A stretch of DNA of 64,000 nucleotides from the human T2T-CHM13v2.0 reference genome, Homo sapiens, in NCBI RefSeq assembly GCF_009914755.1, contig NC_060935.1; one strand, given 5' to 3'. Within the stretch, counting starts at the first letter, position 1; the number at the start of each line of letters is the position of its first letter. Shown piece by piece: positions 27,871-41,200 of the stretch. The notes under the pieces were generated by a model. The model searched no databases and was not told the DNA's origin. It saw only the letters and a program-made list of their open reading frames with translations. Both the position numbers and the translations under genes were made by a program.

Positions 27871-30124
27871 TGTATTAGTCTGTTCTCATGCTGCTGTGAA
27901 GAAATACCCAAGACTGGGTTATTTATAAGGGGAAGAAGTTTAATTGACTCACAGTTCCACAGGGCTGGGGAGGCCTCAGGAAACTTACAATCATGGCAGA
28001 AAGGGAAGCAAACATGTCCTTCTTCACATGGAAGCAGCAAGAAGAAGTGCAGAGTAAAGCAAGAGAAAAGTCCTTTATAAAACCATCAGATCTTCTGAGA
28101 ACCCACTATCATGAGAACAGCATGGAGGTAACTGCCCCATAATTCAATTACCTCCCACCAGTCCCTCCCATGACACATGGGGATTATGGGAACTATGATT
28201 CAAGATGAGATTTGGGTGGGGACACAGAGCCAAACCATATCATTCCAACCCTGGCCCCTCCCAAATCTCATGGCCTCATATTTCAAAACACAATCATGCC
28301 CTTCCAACAGTTCCCTAAAATCTTAACTCATTCCAGCATTAACCCAAAAGTCCAAGTCCAAATCTCATCTGAGACAAAGCAAGTCCCTTCTGCCTTTGAG
28401 CCTGTAAAATCTAAAGCAAGTTAGTGACTTGCTAGATACAATGGGGTCCAGGCATTGGGAAAATACACCCATTTCAAATGGGAGAAATTGGCCAAAACAA
28501 AGGGGCTACAGGCCCTATGCAAGTCTGAAATCCAACAGGGCTGTCATTAAACCTTAAAGTTCCAAAATGATCTTATTTAACTCCATATTTCACAGGTCAT
28601 GCTGATGCAAGAGGTGGATTCCCACAGCCTTGGGAGCTCCACCCCTGTGGCTTTGCAGGGGACAGCCCCCTTCCTAGCTGCTTTCACGGGCAGGTGTTTA
28701 GTGCCTGTGGCTTTTCCAGGCACATGGTGCAAGCCATCAGAGGAGCTATCCTTCTGGGGTCTGGAGGATGGTGGCCCTCTTCTCACAGATCCACTAGGCA
28801 GTGTCCCAGTGGGGACTCTGTGTGAGGGCTTTAACCCCACATTTCCCTTCTGTACTTCCCTAGCAGAGGTTCTCCATGAGGGCTCCACCCCTGAAGCAAA
28901 CTTCTGCCTGGACATGCAGACATTTCCATATATCCTCTGAAATCCCATGTCTTCTGCACACCCATAGGACCAACACCACATGGAAGCTGCCAAGGCTTGG
29001 GGCTGGCACCCTCTGAAGCAATGTCCTGAGCTATACCTTGGCCTCTTTTAGCCATGGCTGGAGCAGCTGAGATGCAGGGCACCAAGTCCTGAGGCTGCAC
29101 ACAGCAGGGGGGGCCCAGGACCTGGCCCAGGAAACCATTTTTCCCTCCCAGGCCTCAAGGCCTGTGATGGAAGGGACTGCCATAAAGGTCTCTGACATGC
29201 CTTGGAGACATTTTCCTCATTGTGTTCATGATTAACATTTGGCTTCTTGTTACTTACGCAAATTTCTGCAGCCAGCTTGAATTTCTCCCCAGAAAATGGC
29301 TTTTTCTTTTCTATCATATTGTCAGGCTGCAAATTTTCCAAACTTTTATGCTCTGCTTCCTCTTGAACACTTCGCCACTTAGATGTTTATTCCACCAGAT
29401 ACCCTAAATTATCTCTTTCTAGTTCAAAGTTCCAGAGCTTTCTGGGGCAGGGGCAAAATGCTGCCAGTCTCTTTGCATAGCAAGAGTGATCTTTACTCCA
29501 GTTTCCAACAAGTTCCCCGTCTCTATCTAAGACCACCTCAGCCTGGACTTCATTGTCCACATCACTATCAGCATTTTGGTCAAAACCATTCAACAAGTCT
29601 CCAGGAAGTTCCAAACTTTCCCACATCTTCCTGTCTTCTTCTGAGCCCTCCAAACTCTTCCAACTGCTGCCTGTTACCCAGTTCCAAAGTCGCTTTTATA
29701 TTTTCACATATCTTTATAGCAGCACCTCACTCTCTGCGGTACCAATTTACTGTGATAGTCCATTCTCATGCTGCCATGAAGAAATACCCAAGACTGGGTA
29801 ATTTATAAAGGAAAGAGGTTTAATTGACCCACAGTTCTGCAGGGCTGGGGAGGCCTCAGCAAACTTACAATCATGGCAGAAGGGGAAGCAACCACGCCTT
29901 TCTTCACATGGCAGCAGCAAGAAGTGCAGAGTGAAGGGGGGAAAAGCCCCTTATAAAACCATCGGATCTCTTGAGAACTCACTCTCTATCACAAGAACAG
30001 CATGGAGGTAACCACCCCCATGATTCAATTACTTCCCACTGGGTCACTCCCATGATATGTGGGGATTATGGGAACTACAATTCAACATAAGATTTGGGTG
30101 GGGACACAGAGCCAAACCATATCA
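27871..30124 (-). mobile_element. Full-length THE1 (C/D-like) MaLR provirus: 3' LTR 27871-28242, internal 28243-29750, 5' LTR 29751-30124
   Basis: Two similar ~372-bp LTRs with TG...CA ends; internal decayed ORF 'MEGSEEDRKMWESLELPGDLLNGFDQNADSD'; TSD atgac (27866-70) / atgcc (30125-29). Confidence 0.95.
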
Positions 30125-31982
30125 ATGCCCATATTAAATTAGTGGCTATTTTTATAAGTCCTTGAGTGAAAAGTTCAGAACCCTGACCAACATCAGTCTC
30201 AGCAATGTCTACTTCTTCTCAAGACAACATTAAGTAATAATTGGATATTATCACCCACACTGGTTTCTCAGCTCACTAGTGGTTGTGGTCTCTATCCTTA
30301 GTTATTCAAAGGCCACAGTAAAAATTGAGTTACTCACTATCTTAGAAGGCGAGAAGGCATTCTCTCATGCTGAAGTTTCTTACTCATAACCTGGCTATTG
30401 CGTCTTCCTCTTGAGATAATCTTCATCCCTTTTTTATGACATGATAAATAATGATGACTTTTAACTGCAACTTTTTCTTTCTTATTTTGGGACAATGAGA
30501 TAATGGCTCTCTTCTAGCTTGTAACAAATTATACAGCAGCAAACATCTAGGAATTCCCAAGACAATATGGAATTTATGAAAAGACAACCAAACACCTTAT
30601 GTTTTTATTGTTTCCTTATTATATATTTATAAGTTTGCTGAAGGAAGTGGCATTATTTAAGCCCTGTGCACCATGTTTTCCAAGTGATAAATAGCAAGCT
30701 ATGTGTTCCCAGTAGAGAGAAGCATCATAACGTCATGGCAGATGGCAGAGATGCTCCCTACACTTAGCTTTATAGGATTATCCAAGGGTCTTCTGACACA
30801 GACTCCTAGAGGCACAATAGTGGGAAATAAGTATGTAACTGTCAGGGGCCTGGGAAACCCTGGGAGGGACCCCAGACTCTTGAGGTGGAGGGGCAGTACT
30901 CCATAGAAGTACTTTGACAGAAGGGTTTGAAAGGGACTATGTACCTGGCTATTGTTGGTATTTGGTAAAACTATGGCATTCTATGTATTTGTAAAAAAAA
31001 AAAAAAACTCTTCATCTACCTTCCCCTTCCTTAGTTGATTTTCTTCTCTTATATTTTTATGATAATGTCTCATCCTTTCTAATACCTCTTATTTCTGTTC
31101 CATTTATTATTATCTAACCCAAATATCTTTCAGAACATCACCCAAATGTCTTCCAGAACTTCATGCCCTTTTGGGCCTGATACATTAGCACTGGATATCT
31201 AGGCCTACTGGATCATTACCCCTTATCTGTCCACAGATAGGAAGGACCCCTGTCCTACTACTTCTTTTGTTTTCCTGTGAGTCCCCCATTGGGGATATGG
31301 TGGAGAATAACATCTTACATAAAATGAGCCATTTTTTTTGGCTTTGCTGTCTTTCATCTGAGCCTACTGCATTTGTCCTCCTTCTCATTTATACTTGTTC
31401 TTACTATTTCTGTCTCCTGATGCTGCTCCTGTTTTCTTTGCCTTGTTGTCTGCTAACCTCTGTTCTGTCCATAGACCACTGTCTGATCTCCCACTAGTGA
31501 TGCAGCCTCAATTTCTTCCACTCTTTCAGGTGTGAGAACCCTGCTCTCTCTATGGCTGCTCTTTGGAGTCTTCATTATTCCTGTCTCCAGTGCTCACATT
31601 TCTGGTATTTAGGGAGGCACTTCTATCTCAAGCCCAGCTTTTTATAGAGAGTGTCTCATGGCAATGCTGCTTGGACCCCTGGTGATACAGGATGCTGATG
31701 GATGCCCAGAAAAGTGTGAAAAGTTCTGTGCATCCTCAGGAGAGCAAATTTCCATCTAGGGCCAGAGGATCTGGAAAATGTTAGTAAAACACCTATTTGT
31801 AGCCCTCTTTCCTGCCTCAGTCTCCAGAGCATCATTTGAGATGTGCTGCAGACTCCCCTCTTTCCTCAGTATTTGTTCAGGAGCTGCCTGAGCGCTCTGG
31901 CTCCTGTTCTTCCATATGTACCTTTGCAAGGCAAAGATCCTATCTAGGGACCAGATTTCAGTAAAATGAGACAACTTGGTTT

Positions 31983-32227
31983 ATCATAGAAACAGAAAAT
32001 AGACCAGTGGTTACCAGGGTCTGGAGGAGGGAGTTAGTATTTAATAGGTACAGAGTTTCAGCATGGGATGGTGAAAATGTTCTGGAGATGGATAGTGGAT
32101 CACCACTACCACAGCACAACAGGATAAATGTAGTTAATTACCACTGAACTATACTTTAAAATGGTTAAAATGGTAAATTTGATGTTATGTATATTTTGCT
32201 ACAATTTTTAAAAACATGAATAAAAAA
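31983..32227 (+). mobile_element. L1MB-type 3' end
   Basis: 'gttctggagatggatagtgg...ccactgaactatactttaaaatggttaaaatggtaaattt'; flanked by acttggttt at 31974-82 and 32232-40. Confidence 0.88.
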
Positions 32228-33544
32228 CTCTACTTGGTTTGAAGAGAAGTGAAGATTACAGAAATGTCTTAGGAAAAACAACACTGCCTGCTCATAGCTA
32301 TAGCTCGGTCCACTGCCTGTTATGCAGAATTTCTGTAACTCAGAGAGGGCAGGCCTGAGGAGAACATTTTTGAAAAGAATTGGTATTCTTTGTATCTTCT
32401 AGTTTGATTTAAGAGTAAACTGTGTTGTAATCTTAAGTATTATTTTTCTTTATTGATCAATGATTTTTAGAACAATTACTACATTTCTTGGTCATATGGC
32501 ATTGTTAATAATCACTCTAATGAGTAAATGCCAATTGCTATGCATGACTACTGATAAAAATTAACAATTTAGAAGAAGCCATCTTATTTTAGTAGCATGA
32601 ATTATTTGCTAAAAGGAAATTGACTTCAAATCATATTATTTGTAGAAAGCTGACAGTTGAATACAAAGACACAATAGCTTATGCTTTTAACCAAATACTA
32701 ATAGTCGAAACCTGACCATGCTTTCAGCACAGACAGATCCGTGATCTGGGGTGTAGAGGTGGGTTTCAGGTATAACAGTACAAGTAGTAAGGAGTTTTAC
32801 ATTGGAACAAAGTCTGTGCTTTTAACCACAGACAAGGGTTCAAGACAGACAAATGAGGAAAAAAATAGGGAAAATTTTGAACCAGGAGTCCACTCTCTAT
32901 TCTGACACTAGGCAACCTTGTAGCTTGGAAGTATTTCTCAGGAGAGACTCTTTTAAAGTTAATATTGACCATAGAAGCAAGACTATTTGGAACTATCATC
33001 AGGCACTAAGAACTTCTGAAGATTCATTTCCCTGAAGCAGTCTGGATGGGCCACTCCAGCCCCAGTTATATAATACCTCGATGAGCAGCAGCTCAATACA
33101 ACATGTTGTGAGGTTAATTTAATACATGATGCTTGTCCCAGAACCAATGCTCCTTCTACTATACTGCTCTGCCTGCGTGGAGTCTTAAATGTTTAGAGAA
33201 GCATGAAACACTGTATCATTTTCAATCATGATGAAAATGTAATCTTAATGCCTATTGTATATGTATATATACTTAAACACACAGCTTCTTTGCCAATTCT
33301 TTTTCCTAAATCACATTTTTAGTGGAGTAAGGAATAGTTATAAAATAGAAATGTTATGTAGCTTAGAATTTTGTAACTCATTAAATTTGAGTTCCTCTGG
33401 TGTGGCAGGTATCTTGCTAAGTTGTAGGAGACACTTTAGAGATAGATTTTCTCACACAATTTGAGAATATGAGATCTGGAAGCCCCTTAATATATAAAAG
33501 CTCATCTCATTTTGTATGTTAGGAAACAACTCAGTCTACAGTGA

Positions 33545-33985
33545 ATCATTCTGAGTCCCAGTGGAAACGGGTGATAGTCAAACTAGGTAATTTGAGGAGA
33601 GTTTAGTACAGGAACATATAACAAAGATATGGTCAGGATTCAAGGAAAGGATCAAAGGATAGTGCAATACTCCAGGGCTAGTAATAGTAGGGAGCCATTG
33701 CTATCCACAGGCCTGAAAGAACCCAAAAAAAAGAGCTGTGGCTTTTAGTAGAGGGACACATGCAATGGGGTGACTTAGCGGGAAGAAAGTTGGAGGAATA
33801 AATGCTATAACTTCACTCATCTGCCACCCTCCAATATCCCTCTAGGGCCTCCTTTTGGTTGAACTCAACAGAATCCAAATGCAAAGGAATCCCTTATTAT
33901 AGTCCATGTAGGTCAGCCTCACAGAGCCCAAAGCTGGGAAGAGAGTGGAGGAGAGTAGATTTGCAATGGTAAATGGAACTTCCAT
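33545..33985. mobile_element. LTR33-like ERVL LTR
   Basis: 'ggaggaataaat...agtccatgtaggtcagcctc...gagagtagatttgcaatggtaaatggaa'. Confidence 0.7.
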
Positions 33986-36659
33986 AGTTCCCTACTGAAA
34001 GACTTAAAATGCAAATGTTAGGACATGGTTTCAGTATTCATCAGATGTTGGAAGAGAGTCTTTGACTCTAAAGGGCAGCACATATAAATGCTGTGTTATT
34101 TGAGTACAGGATATTTTAAGTTTCTAATTTGAAAGAGAAAATATTGTTTTACAATCATAGAATTATAAACTGAAATGCCGAGAACCTGAGCAGCCTGCAG
34201 ATACTCACACACAAAATACATTGGCCCATTGCTCCCAACAGCTCACCAGGACTCACCAGGGGCTCTGCTCCTTCTTTCAAGAACTATGAGAAGGCTCTAG
34301 GGAGTGTCTCACATGTGTTTAAAAACAAGTCTGCACCCAATCTCCAAGTCATTTTCTCATATATCCTGTGTCTTGCTCAACTGCTGTGCTCTGGGGAAAA
34401 AAAAAAAAATCTCCTCGTGTAACTCTCTTCATGCCAACAGAAGCCTGGAAGTCTTCTGCCCATACCAACATAAGTACAGCTAGCAGACAGCATGTATGCA
34501 GTTCTGCTCTCTAAACACATGCATGGCCATGTGTTTAAGGATCAAGGCCTTGTCCTGAAGGTGTCCAGCTATACCTGAGGAAGGCCAGGAAGGGAAGTGT
34601 GCCTAATCCTGGGGTTTGGAGCAAGGACAAACATCCCAATATTGCACCATGCCTTGTGTAGGAAGGTGAAGGTCAAATAGAAGGGAGAGGCAAGACTGAG
34701 TGTGGCTTTCCAATCAATCAAAAAACTCACTTCTTGGAATGGAGAAGTGAGGGGTGAGAGAAGTGAGCAGGAGCATTTAGGGAAAAGTCACTTCTCATGG
34801 AAGGCAAAAATGGGAAGAAACTTTCCCACATTATATATTGCTTTATGAGATTTTTCTAAATGCTCATTCACAAAGGTGATTATAAGCAGCCTTTTGGTCT
34901 TGTTCCACAGGGTAGATGAGAGGTTAAAACATGAATTTGATCAAAGCAAGACAAGATCTGGCCAAGGAAATGACATCCACTGAAGAAGTGTGGAAAAGGG
35001 TCCTGTGGGAAGTGTAAAGATTTGAGCCAATACAGTAGTGCCAAGCTTAAAAAGAATTTCAGCCAACACTATGAAAGCACTGTGACAGGTTTTATACAGA
35101 TGCAAGTGCATAGCCAGGCTAGGAGGAATCTCTTCCCCCATTGTAAAGGTGAGAAATGGCCCAGGAGAGGGTGCAGGCGGCCCAAAGTCTCACAGCAGGC
35201 CACAAAGCTGGTCTCCATTTCCTGAATCCCATTCCCCTCCAACTCCACACAGCCCTACAGGGCAGGTTGGGATCCCACTTCCTGTGGACACACCAGAGGG
35301 TTGTTGACCTCTTTGGCCTGTCCCCAGTCCCTACATGTTCTTGAGTTTCGTTTCACAGTTCTTTTCAGCAAAAAGTCTCAATGGTCTAAAACTCTGCACA
35401 TCAGATTTTCTGTAATTTCACAAGAATCCTAGCACATCTGAGTGTTTCCATTTACACTGCACAGGCCAGAATCCAATGGTGTAGAAAACATTGTAGATTT
35501 TGCAAGCACTTCCAATTATGTGGGTGTAAAATATTTTTAAGTAGATTTTCCCCCAATTAAATAATTTCTGGAGCAATCGAGTAAAAAGAAAGCAGAAACC
35601 CAGTAGCAAACCTAATAATGATTCCTGAACCTTCCTGTTAGGCAGCCAGTGGGGACTCAGGTGCAACAGGGTTATGGACACAAGAACTTAAATCTGGCTC
35701 TTAGGGTATATGGCTCCAGGCTGTCAGTGTCTAGCTTCAGCACCCCTGCCCCATCCGGGCAATGCAGGGGTGGTGATGCCAGTGTGAAGAGGAACTGGTC
35801 ACGCTGATGAGACAGCACTTTGCAAATAGAAGGTATAACAGAAAGTGTTCTCTCAATGCTAATTTTAGGCCAGCTCCTTAGTTAACATAGGCAGAATCAT
35901 CTGGGCAGCCTTCTGAGGAAGGAATCAGAGAGCCAGAAACAGTCATATTTCAGATGTTCTTCCCTCTGTGTCAGTCACAAAAAAAAATTGCATTTAATGC
36001 CATTTGCCAATTTCCATGTTCCAATTCATTTTACTAGCCCTCAAACTTCTTATATTTAAGGCAGCAGAGTGCTCTGTTTACCTGGCTCAGTGTCTTAAAA
36101 ATGGTATGGCCCTGCAGACCCAAGTTAATGCTCCTTAATCCTTGCAATTTTCACCATGAATCAGAGCTAAGAGAGCCACATACATGTCTGCTGCAAGAAT
36201 GAAAAGCAGGAATGGCCCTAAGTTTTAGCCTTCAGTTAATTAGTACTCACTGACTTATGGTCACTAATGAGAAGTATTATAGTGGTTTTCGTCTTAGATA
36301 CAGACATTGTTGTGTACTGCAAGTCATATGGCAGTTTCAGAAGAACCACATAATATGAGAGCTATGCCCAAACCTGTTGTGATAGAGGAAGATCACTGAG
36401 GGGCAGTGACCCAAGGTCACAAAATATAAATGATGGCAAAGCTGGTCTTAGGTCACTTGGAATATACAAGCTGTTTCCCAGGGACACCATGTAAAGCTCA
36501 GCAAGTTGTGCCCTGTGCAACTTGCATGGCCATAGAAAGAAGCCCTCACTTTCTCTTTCTCCTGCTGAAGTCTTTTGGCCCCATGACAGATGACCTGGGT
36601 TTTATATTTGTATAAGAGAAGTAGTAATAAGTAGGATTTGGCTCACTCCTCATCTATGG

Positions 36660-38438
36660 TGTCTAAGTCTATTTGGGCTACTATAACAGAATGCCATGGA
36701 CTAGATGGCTTATAAACAGTAGAAAATTATTTCTCACAGTTCTGGAGACTGGAAAATTCAAAACCAAGGCACCAGCATATTTTCTGTGTCCTCATATGGT
36801 GGAAGGAGCGAGGGAACTCTCTTAAGTCTCTTTTATAAGGATGCTTATCCCATTCATGAGGGCTTCACCTTCATTACTTAATCATCTCCCAAAGGCTCCA
36901 CCTCCTAATACCATTATATTGGATGTTGGGATCTCAACATATGAATTTGGGGGGGACACAAGCATTAAATCTATATCATTCCACTGCTAGCCACCCAAAA
37001 TCTATGTCCTTCTTAACTGCAAACTACATTCATTACATCCCTAAAGCCCCAAAAGTTTTACCTCATTCCAGCATTAACTCTAAAGTCTAAAATCCAGTCT
37101 CATCTAAATATTATCTAAATTAAATATGGATGAGACTTAAAATATGATTTATCCTGAGGCAAATTGCTCTTCCAGCTGTGAACCTGTGAAACCAAACAAG
37201 TTATGTGCTTCCAAATACAATGGTGAAAAGGCATAGGATGGACATTTCCATTCCAAAATGGAGAAACAGAAAAGAAGAAAGAGGTAACAGGTCCTGGGTA
37301 AGTCCAAAGTATAAGGCAAACTCCATGAGGTCCTAAGGCTCAAAAATAATCCTCTTTGGCTTAATATTCTGCCCCCCAGGCTCACTGGGACTGAGGGCCT
37401 GCCTGGGGCTGTGGCTCTGCCCCAGCTGCTTTGCCACATGGCCCACACACCCACACATCTGGGCAGCCCTTTCCCCATGGTTCTCAGTTCAGTGGGGCCA
37501 TTTCGCCTATTGAAAGGAAGACAATTGCCATCCCTTTTGAAACCAAGGAGGCAGCCCTGATGATCTGTGAGTCTTCTTCAGGATTCTTGATAAATAGTGA
37601 ATGTTCTCAGCTGAATAGCATTGTGGTCCCATCCTGTAAAATCCAAATCTGACAGCCTTCCTTCGTTCCTTCTCTTTTCCTTCCCCTTTGGTTCAAATTG
37701 GCAGTTTCTCTGCTGGGGTGGATGATTAAGTTTGTGGTTCATACCTATACTAATCTCTTAAATAGTCAGTTGGCCACACTGTTAGTGTTCTCTTCCAAAC
37801 GTGGGTTCTCATTTTTTGCAATGTGGATAGACTGAGAATTTTCTAAATCTACAAGTTCTCATTCTGTTTTGCTTAACAATTCTTTCTTTAAGTCATTCTG
37901 TCTTTCATTTTACTATAAGCAGCTAGGAGGAGCCAAGCTGCACCTTCAAAACTTTGGTTAGAAATAGCTTCAGCTAAATATCCCGTTTCATTGCTCCCAA
38001 CTAAATATCCTGTTTCATTGCTCCCAAGTTCTACCTTACACAAAACAGTAGAACATAAACACAATTCAGCAAAGTTATTTGCCTTTTTATAACAAGGATC
38101 ACCTTTCTTCCAGTTTCTAATAATATGTTCTTCATTCCTCTCTGAGACTTTATCAGAATGGTCTTTACTGTTCATATACTACCAACATTCTGGTCATGGG
38201 CACATAAGTATTCTGCAAGAAGCTTGAGGCTTTCTCTACAGCTCTCCTCTTTTCTTTCTGAGCCTGCACCAGAATTGCTCTTAATGGTCCATTCATGGCA
38301 GTGTAAGCTTTTTCAAGCATGCACCTCAAAATTCTTCCAGTTTCTACCCATTACATAATTTCAAAACTGCTTTCATATTTTAGGTATTTATTTGTTTCAA
38401 CAGCACCCCCATTTCTTGGTATCAATTTCTGTGTCTTA
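36660..38438 (-). mobile_element. MLT1A-type MaLR: one LTR (36660-36978) plus internal region (36979-38429); second LTR essentially absent
   Basis: LTR 'ttatttctcacagttctggagactgg...ctatatca'; internal region parallels the THE1 internal ('cattccagcattaact', 'cagcacccc...ggtatcaatttc'); minus ORF 'SERNEEHIIRNWKKGDPCYK' is a MaLR ORF remnant. Confidence 0.88.
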
Positions 38439-39764
38439 TGAAAAGGCCTCTCTGAACTCCATGTATTGGTTTATGTATGCCTGACTTCTAGGCTATAGTA
38501 GTACTCTATAAATTGCAACTAGCACTCTTGAAATTTTCTTGATTAGTAGTTCCTTGAGGGCAAGGATTCGTTTTATTTATTTTATATCCCTAATTCAATA
38601 CTTAGCAAATATCAGGTACTCAATAGGAGCTCCTTCTCTTGTCCTCAGTAATTCAGTTCAATAAGCACCTTTTGAGCACCTGACATTGGTTTGATGCCAG
38701 GCCATTTTTTAAAGCTGCAGGAAGCCTCAGTATTTAGTAACCAAGGTGATTATTTATTTGCAATAAGTCTGATATGGAGCAGCCAAATCCTGAGATACCT
38801 CATGAAAAAAACAGAAACAATAACTTACATTCAGTGAGCACTTCTACCTTCCTAAATATTCACTAAACCCCTAAGAGATAGGTACTATTATTATCCCAAT
38901 GTTACTTTGACAAGACAAGATACAGAAAATTTATCTATGGTTACACAATGTTAAAATGCATATCTTGACTGTATAATTCTATAACCTGTGTTTACAGCTA
39001 CTGTGCTATGGTGCCTGAAGTATAATTAAATAACAATGTTTTGGCAATATTGCATTTCCCAGACAACTTAAGTTCAATCATTTAAACAAAAAGTATCTGA
39101 TTTAAACTAGAATCTATTACATGCTTCTTATTCAAGATGTTGCAGGATCACCACTCAGGATGCCCTCTGGCCTGTTGAGGTGTGTATGGATCTAAGTTCT
39201 CCTTCACTGGATAGTTCCAGAATGTTATGATGCTTGAACTCAACAATTTCTCCTCCTTCCTCTCCTCTTCTTCCTCCTTCTTCTTCCTGTGTCTCTTTCT
39301 TTTTATTTAAATATACTTTAATTTTTAGAGAAGTTTTAGTTTCACAGGAATATTATCTTTTTAAATTGCAAAAGAGAGACACATTCATTTTATAAAGTTT
39401 AAAAATACAGAAAATAAGATATTAAATAAAGGCTTTGTATTTACGTGAAAGGGATATTGATGAGGTAATTGTGGCATGAATTGTTCTGGATTATCAGTAA
39501 GATTTCATTGTGTTCATTCTTAATACAACGTTTCCTCATTGGTTCAGCAAAATCTGAAACACTTAACATCAGAGCTGTCTGGTCCCACCTGTTTCCACTC
39601 TCTAATTACATTACCACCTTCCCTACAAAGCACCATTGATATCCTCAAGTTCTCCATGGGCTGATTTTCTAACTAAATTTCCCAGTATTATATTTATTAG
39701 CCCTCCCCCTGACACACACACAATCATCTGAGGATCAGGAAAATGTCTTGTATTCTGAACCACG

Positions 39765-39765
<1 letters not shown>

Positions 39766-39825
<60 letters not shown>
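39766..39825. repeat. (TG)n(AG)n compound microsatellite
   Basis: Direct inspection. Confidence 0.93.
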
Positions 39826-39826
<1 letters not shown>

Positions 39827-39949
39827 TCAGATTTATTCAGAGTTGAGATGCTTGCTAAAAATGGAGACTCTGGACCTCACCCAAGACATATTAAATAAGA
39901 ATATCTAAGATTGAAGTCAGAGATTCTGCCTACCAAAATATGTTTTATT

Positions 39950-41200
39950 TTTACTTTCCATCAGGAAATTGACAAGCATATTTAAAAGTAGAGAGGTTAA
40001 TATAATAAACTCCATGTACTCAAAACTCAGTTTCAACAATTATCAATTCATAGTCAATGTTATTTTACCTATAATGTGAAGCAAATTGTGACATATCATT
40101 TGACTATTTCTGTATGTATTTAGAACACATAACCACAATACAATTATCATACCTAAAATAATTAACAATAATCTCTAATATTATTACATTTTTAGTTCAA
40201 AACATTTCTTGTTTTGTCAATGTGTCTTAGTTGTATGGTGTTTTAAACCCAATCACGTAGCTGGTCCAGGCCGGACTGGCCCCTCTCTAGGCCTGTTGCT
40301 CAGCTCGCATGCTGGGACTTCCTTCCACCAGTCTTCCAACTTCAGTACAGTTTTTCCTGTACACTGTGTTTTCTGCCTCATTTTAATCTCCTACATTCAT
40401 CCTCAAGTAACTTGCTATGATAAATACATTGAAAATAATTTTTCTGACTTGTTTTGAAAGATGACTTTTTCAGCCCTCATGCTTTATTGATATCATGTTT
40501 GGGTATAGAATTCTAGTTTGAATGTAATTTTTTCTCAGAAGTTTGCAGGCATTATTCAATTATCTATGGTTTCTGGTGAAAATTCTGATGCCACTATGGT
40601 TCTAATTTCTTTGTTATTTTTTCAAATTCATTTTGTCTCTTAAGTTTTGTGACTTTCTCTAATCTTCATGTTTTGAAATTTCACAATAATGCAATTAAGG
40701 TAGTGATATTTTATTATAGATGCTCAGCGGACCCCTATCAAGTTGTCCTTCGGTTCTAGGGGACTTTGTTTTTTTCTTTGATGACTCTCACCTTCATTCT
40801 CTCATTCTCTCTGTCCTCACTTCTGGAAAATTTAAATATTAGACCTCCTGGATAAATACTCTACATATCATATCTTTCATTTAAATTTCCCAAGTCTCTG
40901 TTTTGTTTGGTTTTGTTTTTCTCGGTCTACGTTCAGGTACCTGTTCCTTGACTTTGCTTTCTATTTAATTTTTCTTTTATTTCACCAATCACATTATTTT
41001 ACTTCTAGATCAGATTGGATCTCAAGGGTGTCTTTTTCTGGTTACTGCTGCAGTCACAATTCTCACCCTTGGTTGCTGTTTTATAAATCTCGGTACATGA
41101 ATTAATTTGCCTCTTGCATTACTGTAATTCCTTTCATGTCAGGGGCCATTTATTCTGATGGCTCAGCTTGGTTACCTCTTTTGAGGTGTTGATTTGCCCA
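39950..41200 (-). mobile_element. Old L1ME fragments
   Basis: 'tttcaacaattatcaattcatagtcaat', 'gggtatagaattctagtttg...gaaattctgatgcca'. Confidence 0.6.

Noticed and set aside
28212-29808. Multiple overlapping ORFs of 60-140 aa
   Set aside because: Fragments and antisense frames of the decayed THE1 internal ORF, not genes.
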